Assembly (NCBI GenBank): GCA_023146045.1
Contig: JAGLCW010000105.1
Coordinates: 6,506 to 70,505 of the forward strand
Direction: 5' to 3'
DNA length: 64,000 nucleotides
Origin: Caldisericia bacterium
GTDB lineage: Bacteria; Caldisericota; Caldisericia; UBA6126
Shown here: piece by piece, positions 26,086 to 36,459 of the stretch
Layout: the number at the start of each line of letters is the position of its first letter
Position numbering within the stretch: the first letter of the stretch is position 1
Position numbers and translations under genes: made by a program
The notes under the pieces: model-generated
Database searches by the model: none
Seen by the model: only the letters and a program-made list of their open reading frames with translations
Told to the model about the DNA's origin: nothing

Positions 26086-27599
26086 TGAGTATACTTATTG
26101 ATGGTCATTCATTATCCTTGAGTATAATTGATGCAGTTGCAGTAAAAAAAGAAAAAATAAAAATTAATCCAGATGTATATAAGCGTGTAAATGATTCAGT
26201 GAAATATGTGAGCGAAATTGTAGAAAACGATCAAGTAGTGTACGGTATTAATACTGGATTCGGTAAATTAGCAAGCACAAAAATTGACAAATCTCAGCTT
26301 AGTCATCTTCAAGTAAATCTAATTAGAAGTCATGCAGTGAGCGTTGGTAAACCTTTGCCAGAATCTGTAGTCAGAGCTGCTATATTAATAAGAGTGAATT
26401 CATTACTAGTAGGGCATTCTGGTATCCATCAAGAAGTTATTGATTTACTGGCGTCTTTCCTAAACGAAGGAATTTACCCATTCATTCCAGCAAAGGGCTC
26501 TTTGGGTGCCAGTGGTGACTTGTCTCCATTAGCTCATTTGGCATTAGTATTGATAGGCGAAGGAGAATGCTTCCATAACGGAGAAAAAATTCCATCTAGA
26601 TTTGTACTTAGAGATAAAAATCTTAAACCAATTAACTTAGGACCAAAAGAGGGTTTAGCTTTAATAAACGGTACATCTGTTAGTACGGCTATGTTTTCTA
26701 TAAGCTTAATTGAAACTTTACATATTTTAGATGCTGCTTTCTGTGCTAATGTTCTATCTTTGGAAGCTTATTGTGGTTGTAGAGCGGCTTTTTCACCACT
26801 AGTTCACAATCAGAAACCACACCAAGGACAGCAGTTAGCTGGAAAAATTTTGGACACAGCATTGAAAGATTCAAAATTGATGGATTCTTCTGAAAGAGTG
26901 CAAGATCCATATTCATTTAGATGTATGCCACAAGTTATCGGACCGGTTTTAGATACAGTCAGATATTGCATACAAGAAAACCATTTGGAAATGAATTCTG
27001 CTACTGATAACCCTTTACTATTCATTGATGAAAAAGAGGTAATATCTGGTGGTAATTTTCATGCTCAACCAATAGCCTTCGCAGCAGATTATTTAGCAAT
27101 AGCACTTCAAGCAGCTGGAGAAATTTCTCAATATAGAGTTAACCAGCTGTTAGATTCAAACTTAAGTGGCGGAATTCCAGCATTTGCTGTAAAAGAACCT
27201 GGAGTAAATTCTGGATTCATGATTGTTCAATACACAGACGCCGCACTAGTCTCACAGAATAAAACTTTATGCTATCCTGCTTCAGCAACGTCTATTCCAG
27301 TTTCAGCAAATCAAGAAGATTTTGTTAGCATGGCACCAAACGCATGTATGAAGTTGCACACAATATGCTGGAACCTTTCTAGAATTATTGGAATAGAACT
27401 ACTATCTTCATCTCAATCATTAGAATTTAGAGATAAAGAAAAGTTAGGAACTACAGGTAAAAAAATAAATGACCTTGTAGGTAGTGTTTTTTCTCCAATG
27501 GTAATTGACAGAAGCATTCAAAAAGAAATTGAATTGGTTGGAGAAATGGTTCTAAAAGGTGAATTTTCAAATTTGCTTCCTTTAGAAATTATTCTTTAG
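26085..27599 (+). CDS. hutH: Histidine ammonia-lyase
   Basis: GSLGASGDLSPLAHL contains the ASG triad that forms the MIO cofactor. 504 aa. The start overlaps the lysS stop (TAATG). Confidence 0.9.
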   Translation: MSILIDGHSLSLSIIDAVAVKKEKIKINPDVYKRVNDSVKYVSEIVENDQVVYGINTGFGKLASTKIDKSQLSHLQVNLIRSHAVSVGKPLPESVVRAAILIRVNSLLVGHSGIHQEVIDLLASFLNEGIYPFIPAKGSLGASGDLSPLAHLALVLIGEGECFHNGEKIPSRFVLRDKNLKPINLGPKEGLALINGTSVSTAMFSISLIETLHILDAAFCANVLSLEAYCGCRAAFSPLVHNQKPHQGQQLAGKILDTALKDSKLMDSSERVQDPYSFRCMPQVIGPVLDTVRYCIQENHLEMNSATDNPLLFIDEKEVISGGNFHAQPIAFAADYLAIALQAAGEISQYRVNQLLDSNLSGGIPAFAVKEPGVNSGFMIVQYTDAALVSQNKTLCYPASATSIPVSANQEDFVSMAPNACMKLHTICWNLSRIIGIELLSSSQSLEFRDKEKLGTTGKKINDLVGSVFSPMVIDRSIQKEIELVGEMVLKGEFSNLLPLEIIL

Positions 27600-27611
27600 A
27601 ATTGAGAATAA

Positions 27612-29285
27612 TCACTTATAAAGAGTGCTTTTTATGTGTTGCTTGGTGAATTGCTTTTTAGCAAATCTATGTGACTCATCCCTTACTTGTTGTAGTAAAC
27701 GCAGAACCTGCGATTTTTCTTGATTTAAGCGAATTGGTGCGTTACTTTTTTGAGAATATACAAGTTCTTCTTTTTTTGCTAAAGATAGAACTGGTATAAG
27801 TACATCATTGTCCATTAAAACGCTACTTGCTGCATGTAGTTGGCCCAAACCTCCATCTATGAGAAATACATCAGGCAATGCACCAAATGCTTCGTCTGTA
27901 TGCTTAATTCTTCTTTCAATGACTTCTTTAATTGATCCAGTATCATCTGGTAAAGATTCTAACCTTACTTTAAAATACCGGTAGTACTTTTTTGCTGGTT
28001 TTCCGTTGATAAAAACTACCATTGATCCAACAGTATCTACTCCCTGTATGTGCGAAATGTCGTAACCTTCAATGCGGAACGGAATAGAAGTGAGGCTAAA
28101 TTGCTTTTGCATTTCTACAAGAATTGGATTTAATGAATCAATGTATTCCGGAAATTTTACTTCAAAATGTTTCTTTGCATTTTCAAAGCTAAGTTTTGTC
28201 AAAGATTTCTTTTTTCCTTTTACTGGAGTTTTTATTGAAAAAGTGGAATGCAAATTAAATTTTTCTTTGATAAGTCTTTGAATTTTATCTGAATCTGAAA
28301 TTTCAATGTTTAGAAGAATAGAATTTGGTGGAGAAAAAAAACTTAAATCTATGTAATATTGGATTATAAAATTTTGAAGAATTCCATTTTGGTCTTCTCC
28401 AAATGTGTTGTATATAAAAAAGTGATCTTCGTATACAACTTTACCCATTCTAACTTTCAAAATATCTATCACTGCGCGTTGGTTTATCGAAAAAATTGCA
28501 ATAAAATCACCATTAAAAGATTGATCCATAACTACACGCTGTCTGTTACTTATAGTGTCAATTGATTTGATTTGATCACGCAGAAGAGCTGCATATTCAT
28601 ATCTTTTCTCACTAGATGCTTTTAACATATCTTTCTTTAATGTGTTTCGAACTGAATGGTAGTTATTTTTTAAAAACTGGGTTGCTAGGTTTACTCTTTC
28701 AGAATAGTCTTCCTTAGATGTTTTGTTTATGCAGACTCCAGTGCATTGCCCCATATGATACCTAAGACAGCTCTTTTGGTTTTTACTTTTCAAATTTTTT
28801 CTACAATTTCTTAAGTGGAAAGTTGTTAGCAATAACCTGTGTAAATATGATGCTTTTTTTGAACTTGTGTATGGTCCAAAGTATTGAGCACCGTCATTCT
28901 TCATTTTCATTACCTTTAGTAAAGCAGGATACTCGTGGTTTGTAAATTTTAGGTATTGATAGCCTTTATCGTCTTTTAATGCTCTATTGAAGGCAGGAAG
29001 CAATCGCTTGATAAAATTACATTCTAATATTAATGCTTCGTACGGTGATTCTGTTGTTATGAAGTCAATCGTTGCTACAAGATTCATCATGTCTCTAATT
29101 CTCGGGAATTTCTTTTTATTATAGAAGTATGATGTTACTCTTTTTCTTAATGATGTTGCTTTTCCAACGTATAAAACTTCATCGTTTGCATTGCGCATTA
29201 CATATACCCCAGGTGAATCCGGGAAAGAACGCACAGACTCCCTTAGAGCTTCTTTAATATCATTACTTGTGTTTTTAATATCCAT
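27612..29285 (-). CDS. uvrC: Excinuclease ABC subunit C
   Basis: N-terminal GIY-YIG (PGVYVMRNANDEVLYVGKATSLRKRVTSYF). A UvrBC-interaction region and C-terminal RNaseH-like/HhH segments are present. 557 aa, somewhat short. Confidence 0.85.
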   Translation of the reverse strand: MDIKNTSNDIKEALRESVRSFPDSPGVYVMRNANDEVLYVGKATSLRKRVTSYFYNKKKFPRIRDMMNLVATIDFITTESPYEALILECNFIKRLLPAFNRALKDDKGYQYLKFTNHEYPALLKVMKMKNDGAQYFGPYTSSKKASYLHRLLLTTFHLRNCRKNLKSKNQKSCLRYHMGQCTGVCINKTSKEDYSERVNLATQFLKNNYHSVRNTLKKDMLKASSEKRYEYAALLRDQIKSIDTISNRQRVVMDQSFNGDFIAIFSINQRAVIDILKVRMGKVVYEDHFFIYNTFGEDQNGILQNFIIQYYIDLSFFSPPNSILLNIEISDSDKIQRLIKEKFNLHSTFSIKTPVKGKKKSLTKLSFENAKKHFEVKFPEYIDSLNPILVEMQKQFSLTSIPFRIEGYDISHIQGVDTVGSMVVFINGKPAKKYYRYFKVRLESLPDDTGSIKEVIERRIKHTDEAFGALPDVFLIDGGLGQLHAASSVLMDNDVLIPVLSLAKKEELVYSQKSNAPIRLNQEKSQVLRLLQQVRDESHRFAKKQFTKQHIKSTLYK

Positions 29286-29372
29286 GTTTATTGTTTCATT
29301 GTATTCATTTTTTATTTGTAATATTCAAAATATCGATACTATAATAATATGATTTTATTATAAAAAAGGTGA

Positions 29373-30413
29373 TTGTTAGTGAAAAGATTGATTGTTTGTA
29401 TTGTCTGCATTGTTTTATTTAGTTTTTTTGTATTACCATCTTATGGTGCTTCAGAATTAGAGCAAACAAAATATTTTGTGTATTCAAATAAAAATATTGA
29501 ATTGATTAATATTGTAGAATTTTTAAGCGTTTCAGATGAATACACTAATTGTAGTCTTTTAGGAACAGTATTTTTGTATAAGGCAGAAAAGTATTTTGCA
29601 GAGTATAAAAATTATGAAGTAGTTTCTGAATACAAGAGATTTGTTGAATTGAATAAAGAGGAAATTATTTACCAAATATTACTATCACAAGAAGATTTTC
29701 AAGAAGTAGATTTTAGTTCATACAATATAGACGATGACCAGAAAGAAAATTTAAAACATTTTTTTGAACTATTGAAGACTTTCAAAGATGAGTCAAATTT
29801 TACTAAATATTTTGCTATAATGAAAGATTACTACAATTTCCTTCCTGAGTATTATTCTTACAAAGAGCAAGTAAAAAAGTATATTGATGATTCTAGCAAT
29901 TTTTTTGGGACAACCCAGGAAGAAGTTCATATTTTGTTATGTCCAACAAAGCTTTATAAAATGTATTTGTTCACTAACAAAATGAACGAAAACGACAAAT
30001 CGAAACTATTTATCTTAGCATCTGTTAATGACAATATAAATGGATATTTACAATTTGGAAGTGAAGAATTGTATAGAAAAGTTTTAACAAAAAAATTACC
30101 GAGTTTATTGAGTAAAAAAGTGTATTCCGAAAACTCAATGGATGAGTATTATGAATATTGTATGAATAACGGAAACTTACCGGAACAGATTGCAAAGGCC
30201 ATATCAATTTCAGTATACCAAACTGACTTTACAAAAAATGGAATCAATGATTATTTAAAAAATTGCTCTTATGGTGGGCAAATATATGTTGAACCAATAT
30301 ATAACTACATAGAAGAAGAGTATAAACTAAACAGAAGCATATACGAAAAATATGAGGATTTTTGTCCTACTTTTTTCAAACGAATTAGTGAAATAGTGAA
30401 TGGAGAACAATAA
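29373..30413 (+). CDS. Hypothetical secreted protein
   Basis: TTG/GTG start region after AAGGTGA. Signal peptide present. No recognisable domain. Confidence 0.4.
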   Translation: MLVKRLIVCIVCIVLFSFFVLPSYGASELEQTKYFVYSNKNIELINIVEFLSVSDEYTNCSLLGTVFLYKAEKYFAEYKNYEVVSEYKRFVELNKEEIIYQILLSQEDFQEVDFSSYNIDDDQKENLKHFFELLKTFKDESNFTKYFAIMKDYYNFLPEYYSYKEQVKKYIDDSSNFFGTTQEEVHILLCPTKLYKMYLFTNKMNENDKSKLFILASVNDNINGYLQFGSEELYRKVLTKKLPSLLSKKVYSENSMDEYYEYCMNNGNLPEQIAKAISISVYQTDFTKNGINDYLKNCSYGGQIYVEPIYNYIEEEYKLNRSIYEKYEDFCPTFFKRISEIVNGEQ

Positions 30414-31369
30414 TGAGAATTGCTGTTTTAACATCTGGAGGAGACGCGCCTGGAATGAATGCTGCTATAAGAGCTGTAACGAGAACAGCTATATACAAAG
30501 GAATGGAAATATTAGGTGTTAAACGTGGTTACTTGGGTTTAATGAATGGAGATTTTACAAAGCTGAATTCTAGAAGTGTTGGAAGTATTCTTTCGACTGG
30601 AGGAACAATTCTACTAACTGCAAGAGCACCAGAATTTAAGACGAAAGAAGGAATTCAAAAAGCAATTCAGTCTTTAAAAGAAAATTCTATTGATGCACTA
30701 GTCGTAATTGGTGGAAATGGTACTCAAACAGGATCATACTATCTTCATAAAGAAGGAATTCCTGTTGTTGGAATTGCTTCAACAATTGACAACGACGTCT
30801 TTGGAACACAAAGAACAATCGGGTTTGATACTGCTTTAAACAATGCTGTTGGAGCTATAGATAAGATTAGAGATACAGCAACTTCACACCAAAGAGTGTT
30901 TGTTGTTGAAGTTATGGGCAGGAACAGAGGTATATTGGCTTTGAATTGCGGTATAGCTGTTGGTGCTGATGCAATAATAATTCCAGAAAAAACGTTCAAT
31001 ATTCCTGAATTGTCCATCAGAATAAAAGAGAATTTTGAGAGAGGAAAAAAACACTTCATTGTTGTTTTAGCCGAAGGAGCGGCAAAAGCAGAAAAATTTG
31101 CAGATGCTTTATTTTTACTTGACGGTATTAAAGCAAGTGTAAGTGTTTTAGGTTATCTTCAAAGAGGTGGGAACCCAACATTCGAAGATCGCTTTTTAGC
31201 TACTAATTTTGGTGTAAAAGCTGTAGAAATGGTTGAAAAGAAAAAATTTGGGGTTGTTGTTGGAATACAAAATAACGAAATGACATTAATTGATATGAAA
31301 CAAGTAGCAAACGGAGTAAAGCCTATAAATGAAAAGTTGTTTGATGTTCAAAAGTTTTTATCAATTTAA
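30413..31369 (+). CDS. pfkA: ATP-dependent 6-phosphofructokinase
   Basis: MRIAVLTSGGDAPGMNAAIRAVTR..., GGNGT and MGR motifs. 318 aa. Confidence 0.9.
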   Translation: MRIAVLTSGGDAPGMNAAIRAVTRTAIYKGMEILGVKRGYLGLMNGDFTKLNSRSVGSILSTGGTILLTARAPEFKTKEGIQKAIQSLKENSIDALVVIGGNGTQTGSYYLHKEGIPVVGIASTIDNDVFGTQRTIGFDTALNNAVGAIDKIRDTATSHQRVFVVEVMGRNRGILALNCGIAVGADAIIIPEKTFNIPELSIRIKENFERGKKHFIVVLAEGAAKAEKFADALFLLDGIKASVSVLGYLQRGGNPTFEDRFLATNFGVKAVEMVEKKKFGVVVGIQNNEMTLIDMKQVANGVKPINEKLFDVQKFLSI

Positions 31370-31379
31370 AGAGCTAGTG

Positions 31380-32837
31380 CTATCTATTTGTTAACTCAAT
31401 TAGTTTACTTTCTTTGAATACTAATTCTTTGCTCTTTTCAATGTTAAAGAAAGAGTCTGTTAAATCTGAAACAAATAGAGGTTTTACGAAAGAAACTTCA
31501 CGATCAACAATTTTGCAATCTAGAGTATTGTTTTGTTGATCATCATAATACATGAAAGAGTTAAATTGGTCTAAGATAGTATTTTCTTCAATTTCAATAA
31601 AATTGTCGTTCCATTTCATTAAATTATTTGAATTGAATAAAAAGCTAATTGCTGAGTTAATAATAGAATTCCTACTTGAAAAACCACTTAGATATAAATC
31701 ATTTGAGTGAACTTTTGCAAATTCTATACCAGTTAAGTTTAAAGATTTTGCTTCCCAAGATTTTGCTTTTTTATTAGAGTAAGTGATTACTAGCTCTAGC
31801 TGAGAATCCTTTGTTCCAAAACCATACAAACCTTTTGATGCAGAATAAGGATTTGAGTCCATAGATGCAAAAGAATACTTTGTATCTGGACGTTGTCTAA
31901 AAAAGTTTATACACTCAGTTTTACCATTAGGTTTAATCATTATTAATTGAGGATCATAGGAATCATTTGTCTCATTTGTTAAGTAAAGGTTATCACCATC
32001 TATGAACATTGAATTTCTAAAACCAGGTGTGAAACCAGGGACCGTACAACAGTTTTTGGTTATGAAATTTGGTGATAAAATTCCTACATAGCCATTCTGT
32101 GTGGAAAAAAGAATTTTTGGATCAACTTTATCTTCTTCAGTTTGTTTTTCGAACGTTGGAATTATGCAGGCTACGTTCGAATTTACTCCACCGGTTTTTG
32201 CATTGTTTGGTACTTGGATAATAGATACATTTTTAGGATTTACTTCACCGCTATCGTCAACTAAAAAAGTTGACACCATGCCAAATGAGGTTTGTGATTC
32301 TTTTGTTGAGAATTGACCAGAAATATAAAAATGGTCATCAAAATAGCAGAAATTGCTAACAGATATATCTTTACTTGAAAAAGCAGAAGTATTATTTCCA
32401 ACTAGTAATTTATTGCTTGAGTCAATTGGAATAAAATTAATTGTATAGTTGTAATCTTTACCAGAAGAGACTAAGCCACAAACAAGAAAAAGATGTGAAT
32501 TTGTTTCATAAAAAGAAAGAAGATTTTCATCCAATACATTTTCACTATTTGGAGCAAATCTAACATTGCTTTTCACATTTCCTGAATAGTCTGTGTAAAA
32601 AATATCTAAAACTTGTTCTAATTCTCCATTTTGTGATAAAACTGCATGGAAAAAATTGGCTTCATCGTTTTTTGTTTCCAAGGCGAAGTCTGACTTTACA
32701 GAGTGAATCTGGTTATCTTGAGAATTTTTTAAGTGATAAACATATTTTGAAGTGCTATTTTTAGAACAACCATTTAGAGAAAACACGATAACACAGAAAA
32801 TACATATCTGCGGAAATATTTTTTTTATAAACATCAT
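31380..32837 (-). CDS. Hypothetical lipoprotein
   Basis: Signal peptide with lipobox (...FSLNGCSKN). Rich in Ser/Asn. No known motif. Confidence 0.4.
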   Translation of the reverse strand: MMFIKKIFPQICIFCVIVFSLNGCSKNSTSKYVYHLKNSQDNQIHSVKSDFALETKNDEANFFHAVLSQNGELEQVLDIFYTDYSGNVKSNVRFAPNSENVLDENLLSFYETNSHLFLVCGLVSSGKDYNYTINFIPIDSSNKLLVGNNTSAFSSKDISVSNFCYFDDHFYISGQFSTKESQTSFGMVSTFLVDDSGEVNPKNVSIIQVPNNAKTGGVNSNVACIIPTFEKQTEEDKVDPKILFSTQNGYVGILSPNFITKNCCTVPGFTPGFRNSMFIDGDNLYLTNETNDSYDPQLIMIKPNGKTECINFFRQRPDTKYSFASMDSNPYSASKGLYGFGTKDSQLELVITYSNKKAKSWEAKSLNLTGIEFAKVHSNDLYLSGFSSRNSIINSAISFLFNSNNLMKWNDNFIEIEENTILDQFNSFMYYDDQQNNTLDCKIVDREVSFVKPLFVSDLTDSFFNIEKSKELVFKESKLIELTNR

Positions 32838-34222
32838 TCATTTCTCCTAGAGAGTGGATTATTTATTTCTGTCCCAAACGGTAATGCTTCAAGAGTTTCT
32901 CCGTTAAAATATAAATTTATTTTGTTGAAAGCCGTATTCTCGGTAATTGTTAGAATGATTTGTTCAAGAAAATTTTCTTCCTGTTGTGCATTTAAAAATT
33001 TGCTCAATTCAATTTCAATGTTTACAGATAGTATTCCATTTTCTTCTGGAATGGCAGAAGTAAGTTTTGTTCCGCTAGGTATGCCTGTTGTAATATCTAA
33101 CTCTCTTAATTTTGCAGATGGCCCATCAAGTAGACGATTTAAAATTTTTATTACTAAATGAGAGTTTTCATCTTTTTTTGTTTCTTTGAATACAGGGGTA
33201 TAGAAGTGATGTTGATTTAATTTGAGAACATAGTAGTAAATGCAATCTGATTCTAGGCTGTACCCATACCATCTTTTATATGGAACAAATGAGTCAGTAT
33301 GCCCACCTATAGTGTCTGTTTCTTTCCCATCAATAAGAATTTTAACACGATTAACATCTGGTAATTCTGTAACAGAAAGGACTATAGTGTTTATCAAACA
33401 AAGTTCTTCTGTTGCTCCGTAAAGAAATCTTCTAAACTCTGCTGAAAGATCAATGTTTGCACATCCATTTTGAATTTCCACATTATTGATAGATACATCT
33501 GAAGGGAAAAAATTCGTTATTTCTGGAATATCTTTGAAACCAATCATTAATTGATTGACAATGCTATAAATCAGGTCTTGTGAATCTTCTGAAGATGGGA
33601 TTTCTTTGTTTTTTGTTATATAGCTATCTGATGGATAATAGTAGTAGAAAAGCCTAACTAGTTTTCCGTTTGGTAATTGACCAGATAGTCTTACTAATGG
33701 ATCAGCAATAGATATATATTGTTTGAAGTAAGGACTTTTATTTCCATTAATGGACAGTTTAACCTTTTGGATATTTTCAAGTTCTGTCAAGGTGTTTACA
33801 ATAGAATATACAGCTGCAGCTTCTTCAGAAACTGTGTGTATTGAATCTGAAACCATATCTCCTTCTAGAACTAATTCACAAACACCATCATTTAGAGTAA
33901 CATCTGATATTCTTCCGTAAGATGGAATAAATGTTTGTAGATTTTCATTTTCAGGTGGAGTAGATAGTTCATCAATAAGTATTTTTACTATTTTTTCTGT
34001 TTGACCAGATAGTGAAATTTTTCTGTTATTTGGCACAAGTTCTTGTTTGGAAGAATCATAAAAATAGAGTCGTGCAGATTGAATTTTCATATCAAATCTA
34101 TGCTGGAAAAAATAGTATCCAATTCCTATAAGAATTAATACAACAACTATTCCAAAAACCTTACTCTGTTGTTTTCGCTTATAAGAGTATGAATTTAGTA
34201 TATATCCATTCCGTTTACCCAT
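32834..34222 (-). CDS. Membrane-anchored hypothetical protein, possibly a tandem GerMN-like domain protein
   Basis: N-terminal TM (VFGIVVVLILIGIGYYFF), then two similar ~150-aa segments. The assignment to GerMN-type domains is tentative. Confidence 0.35.
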   Translation of the reverse strand: MGKRNGYILNSYSYKRKQQSKVFGIVVVLILIGIGYYFFQHRFDMKIQSARLYFYDSSKQELVPNNRKISLSGQTEKIVKILIDELSTPPENENLQTFIPSYGRISDVTLNDGVCELVLEGDMVSDSIHTVSEEAAAVYSIVNTLTELENIQKVKLSINGNKSPYFKQYISIADPLVRLSGQLPNGKLVRLFYYYYPSDSYITKNKEIPSSEDSQDLIYSIVNQLMIGFKDIPEITNFFPSDVSINNVEIQNGCANIDLSAEFRRFLYGATEELCLINTIVLSVTELPDVNRVKILIDGKETDTIGGHTDSFVPYKRWYGYSLESDCIYYYVLKLNQHHFYTPVFKETKKDENSHLVIKILNRLLDGPSAKLRELDITTGIPSGTKLTSAIPEENGILSVNIEIELSKFLNAQQEENFLEQIILTITENTAFNKINLYFNGETLEALPFGTEINNPLSRRNE

Positions 34223-34257
34223 TTTAATTGAACCTTGTTAGAGAGGTTGCAGATACT

Positions 34258-34737
34258 TTAAATAGTATCAATTTTTTCATTTTTAAATTCTTTCATATCG
34301 TTAAGAATATTCTGGTAGGATTCATGAATATCCTCTTTATTTTTCTTTTGTTCTTCTTCGTGTTTTTTTATTATTGCTTGAATAGTTTTATTGAGATGTT
34401 GTAATAGCAAAATACATTCTTCTTGAGTTTTTTGTTTTAGATTTTTTGTTTGCTTTTCTGCAAGTCTATATATTTCTTCTTTTTCGACTAATCTGTGCTG
34501 TTGTTGTTCGGCCTCATCAATGATTCTTGATGCTTCTTCTCTTGCACTATTTATGATATCTTTTCTCTCTAGTAGAATTGTCTGTCCTCGTTGTATTTCT
34601 TCTGGGTAGTTCTTTTTAATTGAAGTAATAATGTCTTCTAAAACATCTTTGTTTAGTATTACTGTTCCAGTTAATGGAACACCTTTTGCATTATCAAGTA
34701 TAGAGTTAAGTTGATCAAGAGCGTCAATGATGCTCAT
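34258..34737 (-). CDS. Hypothetical coiled-coil protein
   Basis: 159 aa. Charged heptad-like C-terminal half. No motif recognised. Confidence 0.4.
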   Translation of the reverse strand: MSIIDALDQLNSILDNAKGVPLTGTVILNKDVLEDIITSIKKNYPEEIQRGQTILLERKDIINSAREEASRIIDEAEQQQHRLVEKEEIYRLAEKQTKNLKQKTQEECILLLQHLNKTIQAIIKKHEEEQKKNKEDIHESYQNILNDMKEFKNEKIDTI

Positions 34738-34738
34738 A

Positions 34739-35251
34739 TTATTTCCTCGTTTCTAGGTATTCAGCAATTTGTTTAGGAACAAACAAACGGATATCACCGT
34801 TAAAATGAATAATTTCTTTCACGATAGAAGAACTCAAGTTGGAATGCCTTATACTACTCATAAAAAAAACAACTTCAAAATCTGGGTAAAGTTGTTTATT
34901 TGTTATTGCCATTTGAAATTCATTTTCGAAATCGGATAGGACTCTTAACCCTCTTATGCATACGGGTATGTTGTTTTCCTTCATGTAGTCAATAAGTAAT
35001 TCATTCCAAGTTTCAACTTTAATGCGAGGATTTTCTTTAAAGTATTCCTTGGTAATTGTTATTCTTTCTTTGGTTGAAAGAAAACAGCTTTTTTTTCTAT
35101 TTTCTGCGATTAATATGGTAATTTCATCAAAAATACCTAATGATCTTTCAATCAAATCAATATGACCAAATGTCAGCGGATCAAAGCTTCCAGGGTAAAC
35201 CGCTCGTTTACTGTTTTTTGGCTTGCATGATGCTAAGTTTTGACCTTCCAT
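34739..35251 (-). CDS. coaD: Phosphopantetheine adenylyltransferase
   Basis: AVYPGSFDPLTFGHIDLIERS is the nucleotidyltransferase H/T-x-G-H motif. 170 aa. Confidence 0.85.
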   Translation of the reverse strand: MEGQNLASCKPKNSKRAVYPGSFDPLTFGHIDLIERSLGIFDEITILIAENRKKSCFLSTKERITITKEYFKENPRIKVETWNELLIDYMKENNIPVCIRGLRVLSDFENEFQMAITNKQLYPDFEVVFFMSSIRHSNLSSSIVKEIIHFNGDIRLFVPKQIAEYLETRK

Positions 35252-35765
35252 AGACCTTTTCCTTGTAGCTTAGATGTAAAGCTGCTGCAATAAGCTTAAT
35301 TTCGTTCTTTTTCTCATGTTCAAGAACTACAATAGTTTCAGCACAAATTTTTTTACGAATCGTCTGTATTAAAAACAGATATTGATCCACAGTATAATTG
35401 TATGGAGGATCTAAAAAAATGAAAGAGAAATAATCTATAGAACGGTGTACTAGAAAATGTTCTACTGATTCCCTAAAAAGAGTATATTTTTCTATTGGTA
35501 GCTCAGAATGGTTTAAATTTTTTTTTATTGCTTTTAAACAAACAGGATTTTTTTCTACAAAAGTAGTTTTTTTAGCTCCTTCGCTAATAGCATTAATGCC
35601 GATCGCACCTGTACCGGCAAAAAGGTCTAAAAAAAAACATCCCGGAATTTCCATCCGGAACATGTTGAATAATGCTTCTCTTACTTTATTAGATGTTGGT
35701 CTTAAAGGGAGATTCGCGGGAGAAATTAAATTTTTCCCGCGTTTATTCCCCGATATAATTTTCAT
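35208..35765 (-). CDS. rsmD: 16S rRNA (guanine966-N2)-methyltransferase RsmD-like
   Basis: FLDLFAGTGAIGINAISEGA (SAM-binding motif I) and FLDPPY. 185 aa. Overlaps coaD. Confidence 0.75.
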   Translation of the reverse strand: MKIISGNKRGKNLISPANLPLRPTSNKVREALFNMFRMEIPGCFFLDLFAGTGAIGINAISEGAKKTTFVEKNPVCLKAIKKNLNHSELPIEKYTLFRESVEHFLVHRSIDYFSFIFLDPPYNYTVDQYLFLIQTIRKKICAETIVVLEHEKKNEIKLIAAALHLSYKEKVYGRSKLSIMQAKKQ

Positions 35766-36409
35766 TATTCTTTAATTAGTTCACCGATTGCTTCAAAGAG
35801 ATCATCCATGAGTTCTAAAGTGAAACCGGTATGTTCGTAACGAATTTTACCGTTTTTATCAATCAAATATGTAACAGGAATCGCTTGAATTCCGTATGAA
35901 GATTTAACTGTTGATTTAAGATCCCAAGGTATTGGGTATGTTACATCAAGGAATTTTACATCTTTATTAATCTGGTTTTCAAGAGTTTTGCTTGAATCAA
36001 TTGTTATAACTAAACATTCTAGACCTTGATCTTTAAATTCTTGATATATTTCTTCAAGATGTGGCATTTCAGCTTTGCAAGGCTCACACCATGTTGCCCA
36101 AAAATCTACTAACACTAATTTTACATCAGGGTTTGCTAATAATTCTTTAATGTTTACTTCGTCAACAATACCAAGTTCAGGATTTGGATTTGCCACAATA
36201 GGTAAAACCCAATCACCAGCGTCACGAGCTTCTTCTGGAGATATAATTCCTCCACCACTACCACCATCAATTACCTGATCTTGATTGTCGGATACATCTC
36301 CACCACAACCAAATAAAGAAAAGCTTAAACCGAATGTCAAAATCAACACAATAAAAGCAGAAATAAATTTTTTCATCAAAAATACCCCCTTAGGTAGATT
36401 GTAAACCAA
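35765..36409 (-). CDS. TlpA/ResA-like thiol-disulfide oxidoreductase lipoprotein
   Basis: Lipoprotein signal (LFGCGG). Thioredoxin CxxC motif WATWCEPCKAEMPHL. Confidence 0.75.
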   Translation of the reverse strand: MVYNLPKGVFLMKKFISAFIVLILTFGLSFSLFGCGGDVSDNQDQVIDGGSGGGIISPEEARDAGDWVLPIVANPNPELGIVDEVNIKELLANPDVKLVLVDFWATWCEPCKAEMPHLEEIYQEFKDQGLECLVITIDSSKTLENQINKDVKFLDVTYPIPWDLKSTVKSSYGIQAIPVTYLIDKNGKIRYEHTGFTLELMDDLFEAIGELIKE

Positions 36410-36459
36410 TTTTACTTAATACTGTATCTTTGGCAATAATCAAATTGTTACAATTTGAG

